A DNA stretch of 64,000 nucleotides from a virus. Location of the stretch: the IMG/VR virus record IMGVR_UViG_2582581241_000004, one strand, 5' to 3'. A model generated the notes under the pieces. It did no database searches, was not told where the DNA came from, and saw only the letters and a list, made by a program, of their open reading frames with translations. The position numbers and the translations under genes are program-made. Below, piece by piece: positions 34,541 to 43,834 of the stretch; the first letter of the stretch is position 1, and each line of letters begins with the position of its first letter.

Positions 34541-34963
34541 ATGGTCGATCTCACTCAAGTCCTCACCTTCTCCGCCCGCCAGTTCAACAGGGTCCGCCCG
34601 GTGAAGTTCGAAATCCGCGCCAACATGGACAAGCTGGAAGTCGAGATCACGCGCAACGGTAAGCTGCTCGATTACTGGCATATCGAAGTCATCTTCCTCA
34701 AGGACGGCTGCTGCTCCGGACACAACTCATATGTGATGCCGGACGACGTCCGCGATGCCACGCTGGCGATGAAGGAGGAGCTCGCGATCATGTATCGCGA
34801 CCGCTACGAGGCGGCCAACCCCTACTTCAAGGAGCGCCGCCTCAGGGAGGAGGCCGAATACGAGGCCAGAAAGAACCGTGTCAAGACGGACAGGGAACTC
34901 GCATACGAAGTGTTCCTGCGGTCCGCCGGAAAGTGGGACCGGTTCAGCTACCACGGCGACTGA
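34541..34963 (+). CDS. hypothetical protein under operator control
   Basis: 140 aa, AAGGGA RBS. Confidence 0.7.
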   Translation: MVDLTQVLTFSARQFNRVRPVKFEIRANMDKLEVEITRNGKLLDYWHIEVIFLKDGCCSGHNSYVMPDDVRDATLAMKEELAIMYRDRYEAANPYFKERRLREEAEYEARKNRVKTDRELAYEVFLRSAGKWDRFSYHGD

Positions 34964-35017
34964 GCGAACCCCGAGCACGGGCCGCCCATCCAAGCGGCCC
35001 TCGCCCGGAACATTTTT

Positions 35018-35077
35018 TTTCACCTTTCAGTGATTTTTATGGTTGACGCATAATTTAAATTCACCTATAAGTGATTT
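35018..35077 (+). promoter_or_regulatory. sigma70 promoter with two TCAC-N6-GTGA operators
   Basis: TTGACG (35043)-N17-TATAAG (35066); TCACCTTTCAGTGA and TCACCTATAAGTGA. Confidence 0.8.
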
Positions 35078-35122
35078 TAGTGGACGACGGCATGAGGCCG
35101 CCCCACCGCAAGGACGACTCCG

Positions 35123-35470
35123 ATGGCCATCGACCTCACCAGATACCCGAACGGAAGGCCCCGCTGCCTGAGAAAGCCGGGCACGGCGGCCGCCACGGCT
35201 CCGGTCGCCACCACGGCCCCGGTCGCCGTCGCGTCCAAGGCCTTCGACCTCGGCGAAGGCGGCGAAATGGTCATGGACGCCGCCCGCCGCCGCTACGCGA
35301 TGTATGCGCGGCTCTACGGGCGCCGCGAATTCGACGCCGGCCTCTTCGCCCGCTGCCTCGTTCGGGTGGCCGAGGAAATCAAGGATCCCGCGCTGGTCCA
35401 GCGCGAGAACAACCGCCGCCGCCTCCGCACCCGCGACAGCGGCCGGCTCTATGAAGCCTTTGCACGGTAA
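35123..35470 (+). CDS. hypothetical protein under operator control
   Basis: 115 aa, AAGGA RBS. Confidence 0.6.
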   Translation: MAIDLTRYPNGRPRCLRKPGTAAATAPVATTAPVAVASKAFDLGEGGEMVMDAARRRYAMYARLYGRREFDAGLFARCLVRVAEEIKDPALVQRENNRRRLRTRDSGRLYEAFAR

Positions 35471-35481
35471 GGAGAACGACG

Positions 35482-35781
35482 ATGACGACGAGCAATGAGG
35501 AAACGATACTCGAGGTTCCGGAACTCTCTCCTGAAGAGCGGGCCCGCGAGGCGGCCGAGTCGCGGCTTCGCATCGATGCCGCTTTCCAAGCGTTCGTCTC
35601 GGAGGAGAAGTCCGAGCGCGACGACCAGCCATTGTATGTCTCGGCGGATACGATCCGGAAGAGAAAGGCGGCCGCCGCCAGGATCCGTTCTCAGCGCACC
35701 GCGATCGAGAGGCGCGAGAAGAGACGGAAACAGATTCTCGCCAACCGCGAGATCCCGGTCTTCCACGGTCTATGGGACTGA
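35482..35781 (+). CDS. hypothetical helical protein
   Basis: AAGGAG RBS. Confidence 0.6.
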   Translation: MTTSNEETILEVPELSPEERAREAAESRLRIDAAFQAFVSEEKSERDDQPLYVSADTIRKRKAAAARIRSQRTAIERREKRRKQILANREIPVFHGLWD

Positions 35782-36121
35782 TCCATTCGAATCCGCCGGC
35801 TCCTTTCTTCCTGTGGGGTCGGCGCTGGCCGCCGGGTGATGCGCCACCCGGCGGCCTATATCGTTACCGTTACGCATTGCCGTTGCGCTTTTCGCTACGT
35901 ATATCGCGATTGCGGCCACAACATCGGTCGGACATCGTCAGCATCGTGATCCACCACAGCAAGCAGCAAACACTTGATCGCTTGATGCCGTCCACCATCC
36001 GATCCCAAAATCGTTCGTTAGCACATAGGCCAACACGCGGACGCCGAGGGATACCCCGGCGTCCGTTCACTATCCCACAACCCGTTTGCGGCTTTCCCGC
36101 CGGCGTCGCAGTCGTCGATGC

Positions 36122-38722
36122 ATGGCGAAATCCGCGAAGAAAAAGCTCACTGATCTGGACTACGAAGAGGGCGTGAAGGCCGCGATAGCTGCCGGCAACG
36201 TCGTTATCTATCCGCAGCCCGGCCCGCAGACGCAGTTCGCGATGTCGCCTGCGGACATCGTGTTTTTCGGCGGCCAAGCTGGCGGCGGGAAAATGCTGGA
36301 TATTCATACGCTGATCCCGACAGTGGATGGCTGGCGTTCCATGCTGACCATCCGCGTCGGCGATCGCGTCTTCGATGAAAACGGCATCCCCTGCACGGTC
36401 ACGCACGTTCATCCTGTCGACTTGAATCCCGAAAGCTATCTCGTTCGCTTCGATGATGGCGTCGAAATAAAGGCCTGTGCCGACCATCAATGGCTGACCT
36501 ACACGGCCAGCGATCTCGCCGCCATGACGCGCCTCGATCCTGAATGGCGTGCAAGACGTCGCGCAAAGCGGCCAAGTCGTGCCAACGGAGGAAACGGCGC
36601 CGCATATACCGCACAGTTGGCGAAGCGAAATTCCGAGCGCGCATATGTCTACAAGGATGTTCCGACCGGCGGCGTGAAAACGACCCGTGAAATCGCCGCG
36701 ACGCTGACGGTAAGAAACGGGACGCGTGCGAACCACGCCATCCCCATGCAGAAGCCGCTGGATCTTCCTGCGCGTCTTCTGCCAATTGATCCTTACGTCC
36801 TTGGTCTATGGCTTGGAGATGGAACTTCCCAGAGTGGACACATCACCACAATCGACGACCAAATTCTCGAAGAAATCCGCACGGTTGGATTCGAGGTCGT
36901 CAGTGTTCCTTCCTCAAAATATGCCTACAACATCCGTGGGCTGTCCCCGCACCTCAGGCGCTTGGGCATTTTGGGCAACAAGTGCATTCCACAGGAATAC
37001 CTGCGTGCGTCCTTCGAACAGCGTCTCGCGCTCCTTCAGGGATTGATGGACACGGACGGTCATGCCTGCGAGAGCGGTTCATCCGAATTCATTACGGTTG
37101 ACCCCGTTCTCCGCGACAACATGATGGAGCTCCTGGCATCGCTTGGGATCAGGTCCAACTATACGACCGGCATTGCGAAACTAAACGGCAAGGACTGCGG
37201 GCCAAAATACCGATTCCACTTCACGACTTCGCTGCCGACTTTTCGTCTCAAACGGAAGCTCGATCGCCAGGATCGAGGAGCCCGGCGCCGCACGACAAGC
37301 TTTCGCTACATCGTCGCCGTCGATCCCATCGACCCGATTCCGATGCGCTGCATCAGCGTCGACTCGCCGAGTCGGCTCTACCTTGCCGGCGAGCATTTTG
37401 TGCCGACGCACAACAGCTATGCCCTCCTTATGGAGGCGGCCCGCTACAAGGACAAGCCCGGCTACACAGGCGTCATCTTCCGTCGAAATCTCGTCGATGT
37501 CCGTCAGCCGGGCGGTCTGCTCGACGTGTCGCAAAACATCTATTCGAACATCGGCGGGAAACTGACCCAGTCCCCCGACACGCGATGGAAGTTTTTCAAC
37601 GACAAAGGACAGGCCATAAGCGACCTCCGGTTCGCGCATCTTTCCGAGGAAAAGACCGTATATAGCTGGCAAGGAAGCCAGTTGGTCTTCATCGGCTTCG
37701 ATGAAATTACACATTTTACTCGAAAACAATTTTTCTACATGCTCTCCCGTCTTCGAGCCGGCATGGGCGAAGGCATGCGTCCATATGTGCGCGCCACCTG
37801 CAATCCCGACGCGGATTCCTGGGTGGCGGAGTTCATCGACTGGTGGATCGACAAGAACGGCTACCCGATACCGGATCACTGCGGAAAGCTCAGATGGTTC
37901 GTCAATAAGAGCAACAAGCTGGACTGGTTCGACTCCAAGGAAGCGGCCGTCGCGAAGCATCCCGGCAGTCGCCCGAAAAGCGTAACATTCATTCCATCGA
38001 AGCTGTCGGACAACAAGATTCTCGAGGACCGCGACCCCGATTACAGAGGTAACCTCGAAGCGCTCGATCCCGTCGAGAAGGCGCGCCTGCTCGAGGGCAA
38101 CTGGAAAATCCGCCCGGCTCCTGGACTCTATTTCCAGCGCGATTGGTGCGGTCTTATCGACGCGTCGCAAATTCCCAACGTCGATATCCAGTGGGTCCGC
38201 GCATGGGATCTTGCAGCTACTCCGAAGACGGAAGGCAACGATCCGGATTGGACCGCCGGCGTGAAAATGGGGCTACTGCCGAACGGCATGCTCATCGTCG
38301 CGGACTGCTACATGTTTCGTGAAGGACCGGGCGTCGTCGAAGAGCAGGTGCTCAACACGGCGATGTGGGATGGATCGGAAGTCGTCATCTCCATTCCACA
38401 GGATCCTGGGCAAGCCGGCGTCGGCCAAAAGAACACGTATCTGAACCTTCTCGCAGGCTATGACATCCGCTCGCACGCGGTTACGCAGAAGAACGCAAAG
38501 ATAACGCGCTTTGCCGCCTTTTCAGCCCAGGTGGATCAGAAGCGCGTCCTTGTCGTCCGCGACGAGCCGGGCAAGCGGTGGAACGAGCAATGGTTCGCCT
38601 GCCTTGAGGCCTTCCCTTCGAAGGCACACGATGACGCAGTCGATGCCACGTCGGAAGCCTTTCATCGGCTGGTGACGATGCCACGCCGGCGCGGCATCGC
38701 AATGGGAACGATTCGAACATGA
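36122..38722 (+). CDS. terL: terminase large subunit (intein-containing)
   Basis: PQPGPQT, Walker A GGQAGGGK/S, Walker B IGFDE, TCNP, nuclease AWDLAA and HDDAVDA. Confidence 0.95.
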   Translation: MAKSAKKKLTDLDYEEGVKAAIAAGNVVIYPQPGPQTQFAMSPADIVFFGGQAGGGKMLDIHTLIPTVDGWRSMLTIRVGDRVFDENGIPCTVTHVHPVDLNPESYLVRFDDGVEIKACADHQWLTYTASDLAAMTRLDPEWRARRRAKRPSRANGGNGAAYTAQLAKRNSERAYVYKDVPTGGVKTTREIAATLTVRNGTRANHAIPMQKPLDLPARLLPIDPYVLGLWLGDGTSQSGHITTIDDQILEEIRTVGFEVVSVPSSKYAYNIRGLSPHLRRLGILGNKCIPQEYLRASFEQRLALLQGLMDTDGHACESGSSEFITVDPVLRDNMMELLASLGIRSNYTTGIAKLNGKDCGPKYRFHFTTSLPTFRLKRKLDRQDRGARRRTTSFRYIVAVDPIDPIPMRCISVDSPSRLYLAGEHFVPTHNSYALLMEAARYKDKPGYTGVIFRRNLVDVRQPGGLLDVSQNIYSNIGGKLTQSPDTRWKFFNDKGQAISDLRFAHLSEEKTVYSWQGSQLVFIGFDEITHFTRKQFFYMLSRLRAGMGEGMRPYVRATCNPDADSWVAEFIDWWIDKNGYPIPDHCGKLRWFVNKSNKLDWFDSKEAAVAKHPGSRPKSVTFIPSKLSDNKILEDRDPDYRGNLEALDPVEKARLLEGNWKIRPAPGLYFQRDWCGLIDASQIPNVDIQWVRAWDLAATPKTEGNDPDWTAGVKMGLLPNGMLIVADCYMFREGPGVVEEQVLNTAMWDGSEVVISIPQDPGQAGVGQKNTYLNLLAGYDIRSHAVTQKNAKITRFAAFSAQVDQKRVLVVRDEPGKRWNEQWFACLEAFPSKAHDDAVDATSEAFHRLVTMPRRRGIAMGTIRT
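36293..37414 (+). mobile_element. class 3 intein with LAGLIDADG homing endonuclease (374 aa)
   Basis: between GK and S of the P-loop; starts MLDIHTLIPT, ends PTHN; W (DHQW), C (MRCISV) and T (PTHN) triad; LGLWLGDG and LQGLMDTDG. Confidence 0.9.
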
Positions 38723-40197
38723 TAAAAAGAAGGAAATCGGGTTCCGTCGCGTCCGCCGTCGCAGCTCGCATCGACGCCGCACGTCGCGGACGTCCGCCGC
38801 ACGAGCCGCAGCGCGTCACGTTTCCGTTCCCGATGTTCGTCCGCCCCGGCACGAAGGCGAAGACCGCGCTGCCGAAGCCGACGCCGCGCAACCTGCGGCA
38901 ATTCAGCTACACCTCCATCGCCAGGCGCGCCATCAATGTGATCAAGGATCCGATCGCCATGGCCGACTGGGCCATCGTGCCGATCGACGACAAGGCGCCG
39001 ATGAACTCGGAGCTGCGCCGGCAGATCAAGGTCGATACATACTGCTTCGACCACCCGAACCGCGACGACTCCTTCCGCTCGCTCCTCGAAAAAGCGATCG
39101 AGGAGGATCTCGTCGTCGGCGCCGGAACGATCGAGATGCAGGTTTCCGGCGACCGGGAACGCCCGCTGTGGATGTATCCCGTCGACGCCTCGACGATCAA
39201 AATCTATCCGGCCTGGTCGGGGGATCCGAACGAGGCCCGATACGCGCAGAGCTTCCAAAACGGCGTCTTCGGATCGACGATCGCGGACATCCCTCTCCGC
39301 AACGACGAACTGCTCTACATCGAGAGCAACCCGTCCGCCGCGACTCCGTTTGGGAAGTCGCCGCTCGAGATCTCGTTCAACGATATTGCGCGCTTTCTCG
39401 CCACGGCGGACTCCGTCGGCCAGATCGCTTCGAACCTGCGTCCGTCCATCCTCATCGACATCGGCGACGTCGGACCCGACGAAGTCGAGAGGATGCGCGC
39501 ATATTGGACGAACGACGTCGAAGGCCAGGGAACGACGCCGCTGATGGGATTCCCCGGAAATCCCGGCGATCCAAAATCGCGCGGTATCGGCGTCCATCGC
39601 CTCTATCCCGACGGCGATTCCGCGATGTTCCTGAAGTATCAGGAATTCCTCATTCGGTTGATCGCCAACGGGTTCAACATCTCGCCGATGAACCTCGCCC
39701 TCGAACGAGACGTGAACCGGAACACGTCCGAGACCATGACGGACAACGACTGGAAGAACGCCGTCCTGCCGCTGGCGAAGAGGATCGAGGCGTATTTCAC
39801 GCGCGAGGTGCTGCACAGGAAGCTCGGCCACACGTCGCTGAAATTCCAGTTCCTCGGCATGCACCGCGTCGACGAGCAGGCCGACGCCGAGACGTTCGAG
39901 AGGCACTACAAGTCGAATGCCAAGACGCCGAACGAGTGGCGCGTCTCCCGCGGCCTGCCGCCGCTCGATCCGAAGAAACATCCGTTCGCCGACATGCTTT
40001 GGGCGGACACACAGATCGCGATCGCGGCCGCCAAGGGCGCCGCCGTCGTGGACGACAAGGCCATCGAGAAGGCCGGAAACGAAGATCCGAAGGGAAACAG
40101 AAATGGCGGAACTGAGAAAGGCAAAGACGAACTCGGCACCAGGCGTCCAAGAGGGGGCGGATCCGACAACGGAGACGACGGCTCCGGAGACGAATGA
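38719..40197 (+). CDS. portal protein
   Basis: follows terL; MYPVDASTI, PFGKSPLE, IANGFNISP. Confidence 0.9.
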   Translation: MIKRRKSGSVASAVAARIDAARRGRPPHEPQRVTFPFPMFVRPGTKAKTALPKPTPRNLRQFSYTSIARRAINVIKDPIAMADWAIVPIDDKAPMNSELRRQIKVDTYCFDHPNRDDSFRSLLEKAIEEDLVVGAGTIEMQVSGDRERPLWMYPVDASTIKIYPAWSGDPNEARYAQSFQNGVFGSTIADIPLRNDELLYIESNPSAATPFGKSPLEISFNDIARFLATADSVGQIASNLRPSILIDIGDVGPDEVERMRAYWTNDVEGQGTTPLMGFPGNPGDPKSRGIGVHRLYPDGDSAMFLKYQEFLIRLIANGFNISPMNLALERDVNRNTSETMTDNDWKNAVLPLAKRIEAYFTREVLHRKLGHTSLKFQFLGMHRVDEQADAETFERHYKSNAKTPNEWRVSRGLPPLDPKKHPFADMLWADTQIAIAAAKGAAVVDDKAIEKAGNEDPKGNRNGGTEKGKDELGTRRPRGGGSDNGDDGSGDE

Positions 40198-40552
40198 CGG
40201 GACGCAGGCGAGCGCGGAGGCGAAGGCGGACACGGTGGCGTCTCCCGCGTCCGCGACGACCGATGAAAAGGCTGCCGCCGCGCCGGCGTCTCCAGTCGAG
40301 GAAGCGAGCGCGCCTTCCCCTGTGGCCCCGGTCTATCGCTACACGCCGCCGGCAAAGACCTATGCCGGGAACGTGCGCGGCGGACTTCGCCAACTCATCG
40401 ACACGGCGGCGCCGACGCAGCAGGAGATCGGCGCGCTGGAGCACATCCACTCCGGGCTGAACGACGTCCGCGCATTCGTGGATCTCTACAGCAAGTCGGC
40501 GACGACGCCCGCTGTCGTGGAGTTCCTGGAGAAGCTCGACCGCATCCTCTGA
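40103..40552 (+). CDS. hypothetical Ala/Pro-rich protein
   Basis: MAELRKAK start overlapping the portal 3' end; followed by a terminator. Confidence 0.55.
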   Translation: MAELRKAKTNSAPGVQEGADPTTETTAPETNDGTQASAEAKADTVASPASATTDEKAAAAPASPVEEASAPSPVAPVYRYTPPAKTYAGNVRGGLRQLIDTAAPTQQEIGALEHIHSGLNDVRAFVDLYSKSATTPAVVEFLEKLDRIL

Positions 40553-40576
40553 GCGGCGCGCATATATATAAGGACG

Positions 40577-40606
40577 ACGGCGGGAGTGATCCCGCCGTTT
40601 TCTTTT
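40577..40606 (+). terminator. rho-independent terminator
   Basis: ACGGCGGGA-GTGA-TCCCGCCGT-TTTCTTTT. Confidence 0.8.
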
Positions 40607-40667
40607 GGCGGCGACTATCCGAAAACCCATTTCCCGATTGCGCGAACGGCGAGTAGCTGTCGCGTCC

Positions 40668-42284
40668 ATGGCCAAACTGACCAGAAAACAAAAGGCGGCT
40701 CTTCCGGACAGCGATTATGCGCTGCCGGCGGAAAGGCGCGTTCCGATCAACGACGAGACGCACGTTCGTCTCGCATGGCAGCTTCTTTCCCGCGTCAAAG
40801 ACATTTCCAAGGACGACCGCGCCGCCGCCCGAAAGCGCATCCTTCGTCGCGCTCATGAACTCGGCATCGACACCTCCGACTGGGAAAGCGTCCAGGCGAA
40901 CGAAGTCGAAGAAATCCTCGCCGCCGCTGCGCTGGTCGAAGCCGACGACGCGCTGGCAGACGAAATCTCCGCCGTCGAGATCGAAGGCGACATCGACGGG
41001 GCCGAGGACATCGATCTCACGTCGTCCGACGTCTCCGACGTTCTCGCCTGCATGTCGCTGGCGGTTTCCGATCTTCCCGACGACCATCCGAACTTCAAGC
41101 CGTTCGAGGGCGTGCTCTTTAAAATCGACACGCCGTCCGACGGACCGCCCGGCGGCGCACGCGGTCGCCGCATCATCATTTCGAAAGCCGTCGCCGAAGC
41201 GGCGATTCCGACGATCCTTCGCATGGGCGTCAATCTCGCTCCGCGAATGGACGGTCACGATCCGCAGAAGAAGCTCGGATTGGTATCCGAAGCCTTCGTT
41301 GACGGCTCCGACTTCCGAATAAAGGGTGGCCTCTACGCCGAGGACTTCCCGAAGGAATACGCGGAGATCAAGGCCGCGCAGAAGGAATTGGGATTCTCCC
41401 TCGAAGCCTGCCGTTTCAGGGGCAAGGTCGAAGGGGAATTCCTCAGGATCACCGCGCTGACATTCAGCGGCGCCGCGATCCTGAAGGCAAAGGACGCCGC
41501 ATACAAGAGCACGTCTCTGAAGGCGAGCGAGAGCAAGGAAGAGATCGACATGACGAAGGAAGAACTCGAGGCGCTGATCGCCAAGCTGACCGCCTCCTTC
41601 TCCAAGGATACCGAGGCGCTGAAGGCGTCCGTCGACGAGGCCAAGGCCGCCGCAGCGGCGTCCGCCGCCGAGGTCGAGAAGCTGAAGGCCGAGAAGCTTT
41701 CCGCGAACGACAAGCTCTGCGCGCTGGTCGAGCCGCATGCGAAGGCGCTCGAGGCCGCAGCCGACGCGATGGCGACGGACGGCATCGGCGGACACCAGAC
41801 GTATGGCCATGTCGTGCTGGCTCGCGGTCTCGCGAAGTCGCTGCGCGCTTCCGCCGTCACCGGCATCCTGCCGACGATCCACCGCGACCACGATTGGCCG
41901 CTGCGCGGGTCCGAGGACAAGGCCGAAGCCGAGAAGGCCGTGAGGGAGGCGATCGACAAGGCGACGAAGGACATCGCCGACAAGCTCGCCGCGTCCGACG
42001 CCGCGCTGAAGGCTTCCGCCGACGCCGCGAAGGCCGCAGCCGACAAGCTGGAGGCCGCCGAGCAGAAGATCAGCGATCTCGAGAAGGCGCGCCTGGAGGC
42101 GTCCCGCGATCCCGGCCGGAGAACGCTGGATCCCGCGATCACCAACGCGCTGTCCAGAGCCGGTTACGGCGCCGACGCGGACGTCGCGAAGATCGACGCC
42201 GACAAGCTGATCAAGGACGCCGGTCTCACCGACCAGCTCCAGTGCGCGGCGCTGCGGCGTGCGCTCGCCCGCGCCGGTCACTGA
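40668..42284 (+). CDS. prohead protease/scaffold protein with DUF6582-like N-terminus
   Basis: LPDSDYALP..RR.PI.DETHVR.A N-domain; central GHDPQKKLG..GFSLE protease-like region; Ala/Lys-rich coiled-coil tail; directly upstream of the capsid gene. Confidence 0.75.
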   Translation: MAKLTRKQKAALPDSDYALPAERRVPINDETHVRLAWQLLSRVKDISKDDRAAARKRILRRAHELGIDTSDWESVQANEVEEILAAAALVEADDALADEISAVEIEGDIDGAEDIDLTSSDVSDVLACMSLAVSDLPDDHPNFKPFEGVLFKIDTPSDGPPGGARGRRIIISKAVAEAAIPTILRMGVNLAPRMDGHDPQKKLGLVSEAFVDGSDFRIKGGLYAEDFPKEYAEIKAAQKELGFSLEACRFRGKVEGEFLRITALTFSGAAILKAKDAAYKSTSLKASESKEEIDMTKEELEALIAKLTASFSKDTEALKASVDEAKAAAAASAAEVEKLKAEKLSANDKLCALVEPHAKALEAAADAMATDGIGGHQTYGHVVLARGLAKSLRASAVTGILPTIHRDHDWPLRGSEDKAEAEKAVREAIDKATKDIADKLAASDAALKASADAAKAAADKLEAAEQKISDLEKARLEASRDPGRRTLDPAITNALSRAGYGADADVAKIDADKLIKDAGLTDQLQCAALRRALARAGH

Positions 42285-42338
42285 TCGGCACGGCGCAACG
42301 AATTCGCCGCAAGGCGAGCAACTGAAGGGAAAATCGAC

Positions 42339-43445
42339 ATGGCTACTCAGGCCAGAATGTACGACCGAAACGACCCTGACGAGTCTGCGAAGCTCTTCGC
42401 CGGCAGGGCGGTCGTGGGATCCGACGGCAAGCTCGCTGCGGCGGCCGACGTCAACACGACCGGCGCCATCGTCGTGCCGAAGTACGAACCCGAGATCATC
42501 GATCTGATCAAGCGGAAGTCCGCAGTGCTCCAGCGCCTCAAAGACAAGAACCGCTGGGTTCCGACGACCGGCCTGCCGCACCGCTTCTTCGAGCAGACTG
42601 CGGTCGTCGCGGCCACCGCTACGGACATTCGGAACATCGTTCCGACGCCGGGCGGACCGACCCGCGTCGAGCGGAACGCGTCGATCAAGGGCGCGACCTC
42701 GCAGTCCAACTTCGGACTCGCCGACGTCATGGCGACCAAGGCGCAGGGCGGCTCGTTCGCGGCCCTGGAGGCCAAGGACATCGCCGACATCGCCACCGGC
42801 ATCCGTCGTCTTCAGGCCAAGATGTTCTGGCTCGGCGCGGCTCCGACCATCGACGACACCGGCAACGTCGAGTGGTGCGGCGTGATCAGGCAGCTCGCTG
42901 CGAGCGCCTCTCATATCGTGATCCTCGACACCGTTGTGGCGCACGACTCGCTGATCGACGGCATCCAGAACACGACCGCCGCGGTCCTCAACAACATCGA
43001 CTTCGATCCGAGTCCTTCGGCCGTCTGGTCGAACGGCGAGCTGATCTCGAAGATCGAGAAGGAGGCGCGCACGAGCGCCTACCACATGAACGAGGAGGAG
43101 TTCACCTACGGCGTTCGGGTGACCTCCGTCCAGACGCAGGCCGGCAAGCTGCCGCTGGCGCAGGATCCTAACCTGCGGAAGCTGACGGTCGCCGAGGCGA
43201 AGTCGATCTTCGGGATACTCGACGCCAACGTGCCCGTCGGCGCCACCGGCATGTTCCTCGTCGTGATCATGGACGAGTCGAAGATCGAGCTTCCATATCT
43301 GAATCTCGACGGCGACGACACGCCGATGATCTTCCAGCTCGGCCTGCTCGCAGGGCTCCAGGGCCAGTTCGTCGGCATCGCCTTTTCCAGCGTCGCCGTC
43401 CAGTGCGCCGCCTATGACCACGGCCTGATCGGCGTCTGGGTCTAA
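42339..43445 (+). CDS. major capsid protein
   Basis: 368 aa after the scaffold; GAIVVPKYEPEIIDL; strong codon bias; followed by a terminator. Confidence 0.8.
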   Translation: MATQARMYDRNDPDESAKLFAGRAVVGSDGKLAAAADVNTTGAIVVPKYEPEIIDLIKRKSAVLQRLKDKNRWVPTTGLPHRFFEQTAVVAATATDIRNIVPTPGGPTRVERNASIKGATSQSNFGLADVMATKAQGGSFAALEAKDIADIATGIRRLQAKMFWLGAAPTIDDTGNVEWCGVIRQLAASASHIVILDTVVAHDSLIDGIQNTTAAVLNNIDFDPSPSAVWSNGELISKIEKEARTSAYHMNEEEFTYGVRVTSVQTQAGKLPLAQDPNLRKLTVAEAKSIFGILDANVPVGATGMFLVVIMDESKIELPYLNLDGDDTPMIFQLGLLAGLQGQFVGIAFSSVAVQCAAYDHGLIGVWV

Positions 43446-43473
43446 AGGCCGGCCCGACCGGTGGGTGAAAAGG

Positions 43474-43507
43474 AAGGCCGGGATGTCGAAAGGCGTCCCG
43501 GCCTTTT
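43474..43507 (+). terminator. rho-independent terminator
   Basis: AAGGCCGGGATGTC-GAAA-GGCGTCCCGGCCTT-TT. Confidence 0.75.
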
Positions 43508-43535
43508 GTCCGAATGAAGCGGGAAATCGAGAAAA

Positions 43536-43823
43536 ATGCGCGTCTATCAAGTGTCCAAGGCCGCCGCAGGGGCGAAATACTCCTACGCTTTTCCGAAGCC
43601 GGGAACGCATCCCGAGAGCGATCCCCGAGAATGGTTCGCCAGGGACGGCGTGACGCCGCGCACGATCACCGTGCGATTTCACTACGGCGTCGCCGAGGTC
43701 TCCGATGCGCTCGGCAGATATCTGATCGCCACCAAGAAGGCGACGCTGATCCCGCATCTCGTCCAGCCGAACGTCGCCACTCAGCGTCTGCGCTACGACG
43801 GATCCCTCGTCGTCAATCAGTGA
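43536..43823 (+). CDS. virion-associated hypothetical protein
   Basis: position after the capsid gene. Confidence 0.6.
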   Translation: MRVYQVSKAAAGAKYSYAFPKPGTHPESDPREWFARDGVTPRTITVRFHYGVAEVSDALGRYLIATKKATLIPHLVQPNVATQRLRYDGSLVVNQ

Positions 43824-43834
43824 GGACGCCGGCA

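Noticed and set aside
40395-43757. 1120-aa minus-strand ORF and similar long antisense ORFs (38662-40233, 46871-48136, 49559-50902, 57277-58779)
   Set aside because: Shadow frames of high-GC structural genes; Arg/Gly-rich composition, no RBS or motifs
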